From Cyanophyceae cyanobacterium (lineage in GTDB: Bacteria > Cyanobacteriota > Cyanobacteriia > Cyanobacteriales > JBHJGN01), in NCBI GenBank assembly GCA_050331735.1, contig JBHJGN010000055.1:1-64000 (forward strand): DNA of 64,000 nt, written 5' to 3'. The notes beneath the pieces were generated by a model. The model was not told the DNA's origin. It made no database searches and saw only the letters and a program-made list of their open reading frames with translations. Both the position numbers and the translations under genes were made by a program. Positions 49,257 to 59,139 of the stretch are shown one piece after another (the stretch's first letter is position 1; each line of letters begins with the position of its first letter).

Positions 49257-50783
49257 ATGTCACGTCTAGCGCTGCTGAGCGTCTTTGATAAAACCGGGAT
49301 TGTAGATTTAGCGCGTCGGCTTGTCGAGGAGTTTGAGTTTGAGATCCTCAGCAGCGGCGGTACGGCTAAAGCACTCCAGTCAGCAGGAGTACCAGTCACG
49401 AAGGTCAGCGACTACACGGGCGCACCGGAAATTTTAGGAGGCAGAGTAAAAACCCTGCACCCTCGCATTCATGGCGGCATTCTGGGACGCAGAGATGTGC
49501 CTCAAGACCGGGCAGACATGGAGGCAAACCAAATTCGTCCCCTCGAGCTCGTCGTCGTTAATCTTTATCCGTTTGAGCAAACTATTGCTCAGCCAGGAGT
49601 AACGGTTGCCGAAGCAATTGAGCAAATTGATATTGGGGGACCAGCGATGCTGCGAGCCGCCGCCAAGAACTTTGCTCACCTAACGGTTTTGTGTCACCCC
49701 AATCAGTACGAGGGCTACCTGCAAGAATTACGACACGGAACGCCATCGCTAGAGTTTCGGCAGGCGCAAGCCCAAGCCGCCTTTGCACTCACTGCCGCTT
49801 ACGATAGTGCGATCGCCGATTATTTTGCCTCGCGCACAGAATCCTTGCCAAACCGCTATACTCTCTCTGGCACTCAGCGACAGCCGCTGCGCTACGGCGA
49901 AAATCCCCATCAGCAGGCCGCGTGGTATCAAACCGGAGCACCGAGGGGCTGGACGACTGCTCGGAAGCTTCAGGGAAAAGAACTGAGCTATAACAATTTG
50001 GTTGATTTAGAAGCGGCGCGGCGCATTATTGCTGAATTTGATTCTGAACCCGCCGCTGCTGTACTCAAGCACACTAATCCCTGCGGGGTAGCAGTGGGAA
50101 CCAGCCTAGTAGAGGCGTATGAAAAAGCCTTTAATGCCGATTCCACCTCGGCGTTTGGGGGCATCGTTGCGCTCAATCAGCCCATCGATGCAGAGACAGC
50201 CCAAGCGTTGACCAAAACCTTTTTAGAATGCGTCGTTGCTCCAGACTGTACGTCAGCAGCCGAGGAAATTTTGGCCAAGAAAGCGAAGGTGAGGGTGCTG
50301 ATCTTACCAGAGATCCACTCAGGACCGCAGCATACCGTTAAGGCGATCGCTGGTGGTTTTCTAGTACAGTCGAGCGATGACAGGAGAGAAAACGCTCAAG
50401 CGTGGCAGGTAGTTACCGATAAGCAGCCCACTCCCAGTCAGCAAGCAGAACTGCTGTTTGCTCAGAAAGTTGTCAAGCACGTTAAATCGAACGCGATTGT
50501 TGTGACGGGAAACCGGACCACCCTTGGGATCGGAGCCGGACAGATGAACCGTGTTGGGGCGGTAAAAATTGCCCTAGAGCAGGCGGAATCGGGGGCACAA
50601 GGGGCCATTCTGGCTAGCGATGGCTTTTTTCCCTTCGATGATTCGGTACGCGCCGCTGCCGCTGCTGGAGTGACTGCGATTATTCAGCCGGGGGGATCGA
50701 TGCGAGACCAAGCCTCGATTGCGGCGGCCAATGAATTGGGTTTAGTGATGGTGTTCAGTGGAGTGCGGCATTTTCTTCACTAA
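49257..50783 (+). CDS. purH: Bifunctional AICAR formyltransferase/IMP cyclohydrolase
   Basis: GRVKTLHP, IDIGGP, LRYGENPHQ, KHTNPCG, SDGFFPF. Confidence 0.97.
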   Translation: MSRLALLSVFDKTGIVDLARRLVEEFEFEILSSGGTAKALQSAGVPVTKVSDYTGAPEILGGRVKTLHPRIHGGILGRRDVPQDRADMEANQIRPLELVVVNLYPFEQTIAQPGVTVAEAIEQIDIGGPAMLRAAAKNFAHLTVLCHPNQYEGYLQELRHGTPSLEFRQAQAQAAFALTAAYDSAIADYFASRTESLPNRYTLSGTQRQPLRYGENPHQQAAWYQTGAPRGWTTARKLQGKELSYNNLVDLEAARRIIAEFDSEPAAAVLKHTNPCGVAVGTSLVEAYEKAFNADSTSAFGGIVALNQPIDAETAQALTKTFLECVVAPDCTSAAEEILAKKAKVRVLILPEIHSGPQHTVKAIAGGFLVQSSDDRRENAQAWQVVTDKQPTPSQQAELLFAQKVVKHVKSNAIVVTGNRTTLGIGAGQMNRVGAVKIALEQAESGAQGAILASDGFFPFDDSVRAAAAAGVTAIIQPGGSMRDQASIAAANELGLVMVFSGVRHFLH

Positions 50784-50815
50784 CTGCCCTGCCTGCGGAA
50801 AGAAGCGCGAGTATC

Positions 50816-50925
50816 GGGGGAAGGGGGAAAGAGTTCCTCCGGAACGGGGAAGCGGTGCAACCCCGCGTCGGCGCAAGACGCAAGGGAACGCGCACCAAGA
50901 CAGGGGAAAAGGGAAAGGGGAAAGG
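50816..50925 (+). repeat. Heptamer/hairpin block with the 50-nt element (50852-50901)
   Basis: Near-identical to 47221 and 12542. Confidence 0.9.
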
Positions 50926-51050
50926 AGAAGACACTTAATGGGCTGAATCTAGAGGGAAAGCCTTCCGGCGAGCAGAACAAGCGAAACTGTAGCAAGCGCT
51001 ACGGTTTTTGTGAGCCAATGCCGATATTTTCCTTCTGTTGAGTGTGGGGA

Positions 51051-52820
51051 ATGCCAAGTTTGCCAAAGTTCAAACAAACGGTTGTTTATTTAACGGCACA
51101 GGCGGCAGCGATCACCGTTTTGCCAGCCGCTGAAGCCGCCGTGTTTCGTCTGGAAGAAGCGACTGTAGCCGACATTAATCAGGCTTTTGAAGCGGAGGCT
51201 TTAACGTCTGAACAGCTCGTTCAGCTCTATCTAAATCGCATCGAAGCCTATGACCAGCAAGGTCCGGCAATTAACTCTCTGATTAATATCAACTCCAACG
51301 CTTTAGCAAGAGCGAGAGAGCTAGATCGGGAGCGTCCAGCAGATCCGGCTAGCCCGCTCTATGGGATTCCGATTATTCTTAAAGATAATTTTGATACGGC
51401 GGACCTGCCAACAACGGGAGGATCTGATGTGCTAGCTGGTTCGCTTCCTCCCGACGATGCTTTTACGGTCGAGCAGTTTCGAGATGCTGGAGCCGTTATT
51501 CTTGGTAAAGCCAACATGAGCGAGCTGGCCTTGTCTTCTGGTAGACTTGGCTATAGCTCTCGCGGAGGACTAACCCTCAACCCCTATAATCTTCAGCGAG
51601 ACGCTTCTGGATCGAGTAGCGGTACGGCAGCGGCGATCGCCGCCAATTTTGCCGTTCTGGGAACGGGAACCGATACAGCCGGATCGATTCGCGGTCCTTC
51701 TTCCTTTACCGGACTGGTCGGCATTAAACCGACTTTGGGGTTAACCAGTCGTGATGGCATTATTCCCCTGGCTCTATCGGTAGATGTTGGCGGACCGATG
51801 GCGAGGACAGTGACAGATGCCGCAATTGCTCTAGGCGTCATGGCAGAAGACGATCCGAGCGATCCGGCTACCTTAGAGGAAGGTCAGTTTGAAGACTATA
51901 CCCAGTTCCTTGATGAGTCAGCGCTGGCAGGAGCGCGGGTAGGAATTAGCCGCGACTTTCTAGGCGGTAATCCAGAGGTGGATCGGATTGTTGAGGAAGT
52001 CTTAGCTACCGTCGAAGAGCTAGGCGCAACCGTCGTCGATGCCGATTTTCCCCAAAGCGTGATTGAGGCAGCTAGCTACGGCACTCTTCTCGATCCGATC
52101 GTCCAGTCCGAGTTTCTGCCGCAGATCGAATCCTATCTGCAAACTCTAGACGACGAGTATCCGCAAACTTTAGAGGGACTGATCGAGGCTAGCTTGGCTC
52201 CAGAGATCGCTAACTCGGAAACTCCCGTTAATCCGAACCGCATTGCCGTTTATCAAGATTCTTTGGAAACCGGAGGATTATCCAATCCCGAATATCTAGA
52301 GGCGATCGCGCAGCTTCCTGAGCTAAGAGCAGACATTCTCAGCGTCTTCGCGGCGAACAGTCTTGATGCTATCGTTTATCCGACCGTAGCTTGTCCGCCC
52401 TCACCGATCACAGCCGCCGACGGCAGCACCATCGACGATCCGACCTATTTTTGCGACTTAGATAATATTGAGGGCGATCCCTATCGAGCTGGTTATTTAG
52501 CGAACCTGACGGGCTTCCCTGATATTACCGTCCCCGCCGGATTTACAGACCAAGGTTTGCCCATCGGTCTTTCCTTCTTTGGAACGGCCTACAGCGAACC
52601 AACCCTGCTCGGTTTGGGTTACTCCTTTGAGCAAGCCACCCAGGTTCGCCGTCCCCCGGCTACGACTCCTCCCCTACCCGGTGAGGAATTTGAGTTCGAC
52701 CCAGTGGCGGAAACGGTCCCTGAACCAGGGACAATTCCTGCTTTAACTCTAATTGGCTTAGGAGCGCTGAGCGTGAAGTTGACAAGGCGGGACAGAGTAA
52801 GTAGCAAGATGAATGAGTGA
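51051..52820 (+). CDS. Amidase-signature enzyme with PEP-CTERM tail
   Basis: LKDN, GSSSG, GTDTAGSIR triad motifs; VPEPG + TM + basic tail. Confidence 0.88.
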   Translation: MPSLPKFKQTVVYLTAQAAAITVLPAAEAAVFRLEEATVADINQAFEAEALTSEQLVQLYLNRIEAYDQQGPAINSLININSNALARARELDRERPADPASPLYGIPIILKDNFDTADLPTTGGSDVLAGSLPPDDAFTVEQFRDAGAVILGKANMSELALSSGRLGYSSRGGLTLNPYNLQRDASGSSSGTAAAIAANFAVLGTGTDTAGSIRGPSSFTGLVGIKPTLGLTSRDGIIPLALSVDVGGPMARTVTDAAIALGVMAEDDPSDPATLEEGQFEDYTQFLDESALAGARVGISRDFLGGNPEVDRIVEEVLATVEELGATVVDADFPQSVIEAASYGTLLDPIVQSEFLPQIESYLQTLDDEYPQTLEGLIEASLAPEIANSETPVNPNRIAVYQDSLETGGLSNPEYLEAIAQLPELRADILSVFAANSLDAIVYPTVACPPSPITAADGSTIDDPTYFCDLDNIEGDPYRAGYLANLTGFPDITVPAGFTDQGLPIGLSFFGTAYSEPTLLGLGYSFEQATQVRRPPATTPPLPGEEFEFDPVAETVPEPGTIPALTLIGLGALSVKLTRRDRVSSKMNE

Positions 52821-53147
52821 CTGTGGGCGTTGCTGAATCGGGAATGATGGGGCAGTTAACTATTAGCGGTTAGCTGGGAGACATCGCCTGTGAGCGAGCT
52901 GAGGTTGTCCTGTCTCAGCCCGCCATGCCTGACTCTGTGAGGCTGAACCTGCTCGTTGAGCAATTTTGATAATCTTAGGAGATTGGAATAAAAAGCTGAC
53001 ACCATTTACCGAAAGGAGTGAGATAGTTCTCCTCACTAACAAAGAGTTGGCTCTTAAAAGGGAAAGGCTTGCTGTGTTTACCTTTCCCCCTGACCCTTTC
53101 CCCTTTTCCCCAACGGCTCAAGTCTCTCATGTCTTTTTCTAATTGGT

Positions 53148-53921
53148 ATGACCTTGTTCTCTCTTGTGGTTATGAGTCGCTTGTGCGTTGCCGTTCTTGC
53201 CATGATTCTTCTGGCGGGGTGCGATCGCCCCTCAAATCCCGTCTCGACTGCGCCACCACCGCCGCCGATTCCCGCCGCCCCGTCGCCGGAACCGCAACCG
53301 ACTGCGGAGGATATCAAGATGGCGCAGTCACTCCGACAGCAGGGGTTGGAGTATCGCCAGCAGGGACGCTATGCCGAGGCGATCGCGGCTCTTAAACAAT
53401 CAACAGAGCTAGAGCCACAAAACCTGTCAGGGCGGGTCATTTTAGGATGGACGCTTCATTTAAACAAGCAGCACGAGGAAGCAGTACAGGAGCTACAGGC
53501 AGCACTGGAGAGCGATCCGGACGATGTTCCGGCGCTCAATGCCCTTGGAATTGTCTATTTAGTCAGTGGCGATCTCCCCGCCGCCGTTGAAACTCATACG
53601 CGAGCCACCGAACTCGAAGCCAATAACGATATTGCCCACTACAACCTCAGCTTAGCCTACCATCGCCTTCAGCAATACGACCAGGCGATCGCCCAGGGTC
53701 AACGCTCTGCTACTCTTGCCCCCAATAATCCTCACCATTGGGTAGCGCTGGCAATCGCTCAGTGGGATCGCGGAGACCAGGAAGCGGCAGTGCAGGCGTA
53801 TCAACAAGCGATCAATCTAGATGCTCGCTACCGCACCAGCGAGTTCTTGGCTCACCTAGAGCAAGCCGGATTCAGCCAAGAGCAAATCCAAACAACCGAG
53901 CAGGTGCGGCAAGCAATTTAA
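53148..53921 (+). CDS. TPR-repeat lipoprotein
   Basis: LAGC lipobox, Pro linker, several TPR helices. Confidence 0.85.
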   Translation: MTLFSLVVMSRLCVAVLAMILLAGCDRPSNPVSTAPPPPPIPAAPSPEPQPTAEDIKMAQSLRQQGLEYRQQGRYAEAIAALKQSTELEPQNLSGRVILGWTLHLNKQHEEAVQELQAALESDPDDVPALNALGIVYLVSGDLPAAVETHTRATELEANNDIAHYNLSLAYHRLQQYDQAIAQGQRSATLAPNNPHHWVALAIAQWDRGDQEAAVQAYQQAINLDARYRTSEFLAHLEQAGFSQEQIQTTEQVRQAI

Positions 53922-54073
53922 TAAATCGCTGCGCGATTGGGAAAAGGGAAAGGGGTCAGGGGAAAAGGAGAGCAATTAGTGCTTTGTTCAGGTCTTTTGC
54001 GTCTGACTGCTAGCCGTGATTCTCGCTGCTTGCAACATCAATGGACTTAACATTACTTCATATAATAGAGGAA

Positions 54074-54562
54074 ATGACTAACACCTTGCTCATGACCACC
54101 ACAAACCAACAAAATACAGCTTCCTTATCGTCCGACCCTTCTTGGCAGATCGAGCTACTGTACGATGGCGAGTGTCCGCTGTGTCTGCGAGAGGTAAACT
54201 TTTTGCAGAAGCGGGACGCTGGACGAGGCATTGTTAAATTTGTCGATATTGCCGATCCAAACTACGATCCTCAGCAGCATGGAGGAGTAGATTTTGCTAC
54301 AGCGATGGGCCGAATCCATGCCGTACTGCCAGACGGAACGGTGATTAAAAACGTGGAGGTGTTTCGGCGAGTTTACGAAGCGTTGGGCATGGGGTGGGTT
54401 TATGCTGCAACAAAGCTGCCGATCATTGGCCCAATTGTTGACAAAATCTACGATATTTGGGCAGATTGGCGACTAGTGCTGACGGGACGACCGAATTTAG
54501 AGACTATTATCGCTGAGCGGCAGCAGCAGCTTGAGGGATCGGGGCGATGTCGGTTAAATTAG
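54074..54562 (+). CDS. DCC-family thiol-disulfide oxidoreductase-like protein
   Basis: LLYDGECPLC motif. Confidence 0.88.
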   Translation: MTNTLLMTTTNQQNTASLSSDPSWQIELLYDGECPLCLREVNFLQKRDAGRGIVKFVDIADPNYDPQQHGGVDFATAMGRIHAVLPDGTVIKNVEVFRRVYEALGMGWVYAATKLPIIGPIVDKIYDIWADWRLVLTGRPNLETIIAERQQQLEGSGRCRLN

Positions 54563-54564
54563 CT

Positions 54565-54711
54565 GTCCCTCCGGGACGGGGAAAGCCGGCGGCTTGGGAA
54601 AGGGGAAAATAGTTCCTGCGGAACGGGGAAAAAACACAGGTTTCAGGAACAAGCCGAATAATTATTCCCTTTCCCCCTTCCCCTTGGCCTTTTTCCCGCC
54701 GCGAACGCGGC
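54565..54711. repeat. Composite inverted-arm heptamer/hairpin block between convergent stops
   Basis: GTCCC-TCC-GGGAC, GTTCC-TGC-GGAAC, then a C-rich arm. Confidence 0.8.
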
Positions 54712-54714
54712 TTT

Positions 54715-55176
54715 CTATAATCGGTTATTCTCGTTCCAAAAGTCTTGATGGACTTTAACCGCTTCCTCTTCCTGGACTGGACCAATGACTTCGGTGTTTC
54801 TGGCTCCGCGAGCGAACACTTCTCGACAGGAGAGGGAAATGGCGGGTCCAGCGATTTCGCCGAGGGTGTGGTTGGAACAGCCGAAGATGACGGTGGGAAT
54901 GCCTGCCCAGTAGATGGCTCCAGCGCACATGGCACAGGGTTCAGTACTGGTGTAGAGAATGCTTTCTTGGAGAACATCGGGGGGGAAAAGGCGAGCCGCT
55001 TTCCGGACTAGATTCGTTTCTGCGTGTCCAGTGGGGTCGTTGTCTGTATTGACCGTATTTTCGGCGGTGAGAATAATTTTGCCGTCTCTAACTAAGCAAG
55101 CTCCAAAGGGCATGTTGCTTTTATAGACAGCCTGTCGAGAAAGTTCAATACTTTTTTGGATAAATGGCTCGTGCAT
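54715..55176 (-). CDS. Nucleoside/guanine deaminase family protein
   Basis: PFGA, HAE, EPCAMC. Confidence 0.9.
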   Translation of the reverse strand: MHEPFIQKSIELSRQAVYKSNMPFGACLVRDGKIILTAENTVNTDNDPTGHAETNLVRKAARLFPPDVLQESILYTSTEPCAMCAGAIYWAGIPTVIFGCSNHTLGEIAGPAISLSCREVFARGARNTEVIGPVQEEEAVKVHQDFWNENNRL

Positions 55177-55594
55177 GGTCTTGCGATCGCGCCGTCGGCG
55201 CGGGGTAAGGGGGATGAGTTCTTGATCAGTCCGAACAATTTCTAAAATCTGATAATACTAAATTTCTTCCCGATGTTGACTCTTTAATTTGCTTTTGCTA
55301 GCAACACCTTAAAATCAAGTAGGGAGGCGGAATAAAGAGTAGAACCTAAGAAAGCAAAAAGAAGTAGGAAAAGCTAAGAGCTAGTTTGCTTTTATTTTCG
55401 GGTTAATTCTACCCACATAATTACGAAGTTCGCTCTTAGAGGAACAAAATGGTTAGTTTGGTATTGAATTTAACACTTTATTGCTGAGCGATCGCCTGCA
55501 TCTCAAACCGATTGCTCATTGCTCTGTCTTCTAACAGGTTTCTCGACTGAATATTCTTGCTTAACTAGAGTTAGTAAAACTTTCTGCATAGTTT

Positions 55595-56458
55595 ATGGTG
55601 AGGATACGAGCCACAATTTGGCTATTTGTGCTCAGTCTAGCGGCAGTAGTCTTGACAGCATTGATATACAGTAGCTGGAATTGGCGCTCCCAAACTTCAC
55701 AGACCGAAGTTGTTCTAGAAGAGCCAGTCATCGTCGAAGATTCTCCATCTCCAGAGGTCTTATCTCAGGCTGGACTAGCACCACAGCCTTCAGAGAATAT
55801 GCAGCGCTGTTTGGCGAGCGTTCGCAGTTGGAGTTCTGCTTTTGCGCCACCGCGAGAGACGGCTCCGGCAGATTCTACCAACTACGGTCAGCGCTTTCTC
55901 AAAGACATTGACAATAATCCGATTACTTATCCGCTGTTGGTGGTTCTGCACGAAACGACGAACTCAGCCAATAGCGCCATTAATACTTTTCAAACTCCTC
56001 ACACTAGCGACAGCAAACAGGTCAGCTATCACGATCTAATTCGGCGTGATGGCACGGTGGTTCATATTGTCCCCCTCGAAATGCGAGCGTTTGGGGCCGG
56101 AAATTCGGCGTTTGAAGGTAAAGATGGCACAGAAACGGTCAAAACCAACGCTGCTCTTCCTCCTTCGGTAAATAACTTTGCTTACCATATTTCCTTTGAG
56201 TCTCCTCCTGGTGCTGGGAAAGCAGCTACCCATAGCGGCTACACGCAAGCTCAGTATCAATCTCTGGCCTGGTTGATCGCTCGGACCTGTACTCCTGAGT
56301 GGCGGATTACGACTCACAAAGAGATAGATCGCTCGGGTTCGAGGAGTGACCCGAGAAGCTATGAGCCGGAAAGACTGCTATTCTGGCTAGAGCAGTACCC
56401 AAATTGGAGAATTGTCAATCAAGAAGATAGTGTGACAACGACAGGAGCCGCGCAGTGA
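55595..56458 (+). CDS. N-acetylmuramoyl-L-alanine amidase (Amidase_2 type)
   Basis: N-terminal TM; VVLHET, VSYH, RAFGAG, TTHK..D.....DP. Confidence 0.85.
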   Translation: MVRIRATIWLFVLSLAAVVLTALIYSSWNWRSQTSQTEVVLEEPVIVEDSPSPEVLSQAGLAPQPSENMQRCLASVRSWSSAFAPPRETAPADSTNYGQRFLKDIDNNPITYPLLVVLHETTNSANSAINTFQTPHTSDSKQVSYHDLIRRDGTVVHIVPLEMRAFGAGNSAFEGKDGTETVKTNAALPPSVNNFAYHISFESPPGAGKAATHSGYTQAQYQSLAWLIARTCTPEWRITTHKEIDRSGSRSDPRSYEPERLLFWLEQYPNWRIVNQEDSVTTTGAAQ

Positions 56459-57372
56459 CTCAGAAAATTGCGATCGCCATTATTCACGGGATTGGAGAAG
56501 GAGGCAGCTTCGACGACCAGACTAGCCCCAAGTATGCCAACGGCATGGCGCAGGCTCTCAAGCTCAAGTTTGCTGAATTTTTGGGCTGTTTTGGCAGTGA
56601 GGCGGAGCGGCTCGCGTTTGCAGATAGAAGACTGGCGATCGTTCCCATTTACTGGGCTGGCATTATTCTAGAAGCCCAGCAATCTTTGTGGAAGCGACTC
56701 AACATCGAAAATCTGAATAGCTTTTTCGGTCTGCGAGAGTTTGTGTTTCGCGCTCTAGCCGACAGCATTGCCTACCAGGTAACGTCAGCGGACACCTCCA
56801 ACCGCTGGACTTACGACGGCATCCACCGCTGCGTAGCGCAAGGCTTGCAGAAGCTAGCTCAGCCAGAACAGGCTGGTTCTGATGCACCGCTATGCATCAT
56901 CGCTCACAGCCTCGGCACTATTATTATCAACAACTATCTCTACGACCTGCAAACCAACAAATATCAAATCGAAATTGGCAACACGCCTTTAGAGCAAGGA
57001 GAAACTTTCACCTCCCTCTACACCCTGGGCAGTCAAATCGCCTTTTGGTCGCTGCGGCACCAAGACTTTGGCGCACCAATTTCCGTTCCTGCCCCTCAGC
57101 TTTCCCAGTATCACCCCCAGTTAGAGGGGGAATGGATTAACTTTTTCGATCGAGACGATCTCCTCGGCTATCCGCTCAAGTCCCTCAACGAGAAGTACCA
57201 CAAAGCTGTGACTCAGGAGCGAGAAGTTAATGCTGGCACAATTGTCGAGTCGTGGAACCCAACTTCCCATGACGGCTACTGGACAGATGAAGAGGTAATC
57301 CATCCGATTGCTGATGATATCGCTCGTTTATGGCGACAGGTAGGGAAAGTGGATGAGCAGTCAGGAGGTTAA
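56455..57372 (+). CDS. Alpha/beta-hydrolase-like protein
   Basis: IHGIG, AHSLG nucleophile elbow, D..D.LG, SH..YW; GTGA overlap with the amidase. Confidence 0.7.
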   Translation: MTQKIAIAIIHGIGEGGSFDDQTSPKYANGMAQALKLKFAEFLGCFGSEAERLAFADRRLAIVPIYWAGIILEAQQSLWKRLNIENLNSFFGLREFVFRALADSIAYQVTSADTSNRWTYDGIHRCVAQGLQKLAQPEQAGSDAPLCIIAHSLGTIIINNYLYDLQTNKYQIEIGNTPLEQGETFTSLYTLGSQIAFWSLRHQDFGAPISVPAPQLSQYHPQLEGEWINFFDRDDLLGYPLKSLNEKYHKAVTQEREVNAGTIVESWNPTSHDGYWTDEEVIHPIADDIARLWRQVGKVDEQSGG

Positions 57373-57532
57373 TTTAGCTGTGGTCGTTAGCTGTTAGCTT
57401 CCAGCTTTCAGCTTTTGAATTTTTGCTTTTTAAATTTTGAATTCCGATTCTCCGAACGGCAACCCTACCCCAAAACTGATTACCGTCATTAAATGAAAGC
57501 GATAGCATAGGAAACAGGTCTTTAAAATCTTA

Positions 57533-59077
57533 ATGCTGATGCATCCCGATATTGTGCTGCTGGTTCTCGATACTCAACGAGTCGATCGTCTTTCCTGCTA
57601 CGGCTACCCGAAGGAAATTTCGCCGCATTTGGATGCCCTAGCCGCCGATGCCACCCGCTTCAATAACGCCGTTGCTGCTGCCCAGTGGACTATTCCCTCC
57701 CACGCTTCGATGTTTACTGGGGTTTACCCCTCACTCCACAACACCGTCCAGTCCTACTCCACTTTACCAGCTACCCTTCCTACTTTAGCTGAACGGCTGC
57801 GGGATGCCGGCTACTATACAGCCGCTTTTTGTAATAATCCTCTCGTTGGCGTGGTCAATAATGGACTGCGACGCGGCTTCACCAGCTTTTTGAACTACAG
57901 CGGTTTATTGACCTCGCGTCCCAACCAGGCTGGAGTGTCTTCCAATTTGATTGACCGCTATCGTCAGCAATTTAAGCGTCTTCTGGCAGGAGCTTTAAAT
58001 CAGATTCAGGATGCTTTTGCCCATTCCGAGGCGCTGCTGTCGCTGTCCTTTTCTCCGCTAATGGTTCCGCTGTGGCAAACAGCGTTGAGCTTTAAGGGCA
58101 ATACGGCAAAATCCTTGTCCGATGCGGCTCAACTGCTGAGCGATCGCCGCGGGTTGGCGGACGGACAGCCAGTGTTTAGCTTCATCAATCTGATGGGAAC
58201 GCACATGCCCTATCATCCGCCCCGGAAATATATCGAACGCTTTGCTCCCCACGTTCTGCAAGATCGAGAAGCCCAGCGCTATCTCAACCAGTTCAACAGC
58301 GATATCTATGGCTGGCTAGCGCCTCTGAGCGATCCGCTCAGCGATCTCGATAAAGCAACCCTAGACGGCATGTATAATGCCGAAGTGGCCGCCCAGGATG
58401 AGCAGGTCGGGAAGTTTATCCAGAAACTCCAGGAAAGCGGGGCGCTAGAGAACACTTTACTAATTATCTGTGCTGACCACGGAGAACATTTAGGCGAGAA
58501 ACAGCTCGTCGGCCACACTAATGCCCTCTACAATGAGCTGGCGCGGGTTCCTCTTATCATTCGCGACCCGAGCGGTAATTTTTCCCGGGGAACGGTGCGA
58601 GATGACGTAATTTCTACTCGCCGTCTCTTTCATACGGCTCTAGCCGCCGCCGGAATTGCTAACGAGTACGAAGAAGCCTTGGATTTAGCCTCTGTAACCA
58701 GTTCAGTAGAAGATACGGTCTTTGCTGAAGCGATCCCGCCCCAAAACGTCCTCAATCTGCTGTTGCAGCGTCAGCCCGAACTGGTACGCGATCGCCGCTG
58801 CGATCAGCCCACCGTAGCTGTCTGGAACGGCAACTACAAGCTACTCACCACCGGAAGCAGCCCCAACCTCCCGCACCAGGAACTCTATCACGTCTTCGAC
58901 GACCCTCAAGAGGCTCTCAACCTCTGCGATTTGTTGCCAGAAGCCGTTGAAACCCTCGACGACCATCTCCAATCCTACATGAATCAAGTCCCCACCACAG
59001 TCAGTGCCGAACCAGCAGACAACTACAACGATCCGCAAGTCTACCGCCGCCTCCGCGATCTCGGCTACCTAGAATAG
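57533..59077 (+). CDS. Sulfatase-like alkaline-phosphatase-superfamily enzyme
   Basis: LDTQR.D, WTIPSHASMFTG, ADHGE, RLRDLGY. Confidence 0.85.
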   Translation: MLMHPDIVLLVLDTQRVDRLSCYGYPKEISPHLDALAADATRFNNAVAAAQWTIPSHASMFTGVYPSLHNTVQSYSTLPATLPTLAERLRDAGYYTAAFCNNPLVGVVNNGLRRGFTSFLNYSGLLTSRPNQAGVSSNLIDRYRQQFKRLLAGALNQIQDAFAHSEALLSLSFSPLMVPLWQTALSFKGNTAKSLSDAAQLLSDRRGLADGQPVFSFINLMGTHMPYHPPRKYIERFAPHVLQDREAQRYLNQFNSDIYGWLAPLSDPLSDLDKATLDGMYNAEVAAQDEQVGKFIQKLQESGALENTLLIICADHGEHLGEKQLVGHTNALYNELARVPLIIRDPSGNFSRGTVRDDVISTRRLFHTALAAAGIANEYEEALDLASVTSSVEDTVFAEAIPPQNVLNLLLQRQPELVRDRRCDQPTVAVWNGNYKLLTTGSSPNLPHQELYHVFDDPQEALNLCDLLPEAVETLDDHLQSYMNQVPTTVSAEPADNYNDPQVYRRLRDLGYLE

Positions 59078-59139
59078 CAGTGACCAGTGAACCATCAACC
59101 CAACAACCAATTCCCAATCGTTGCTAACTAATAACTACC

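Noticed and set aside
52856..53005. 49-aa minus-strand ORF (MVSAFYSN...)
   Set aside because: No RBS or motif; cannot be supported from sequence alone.
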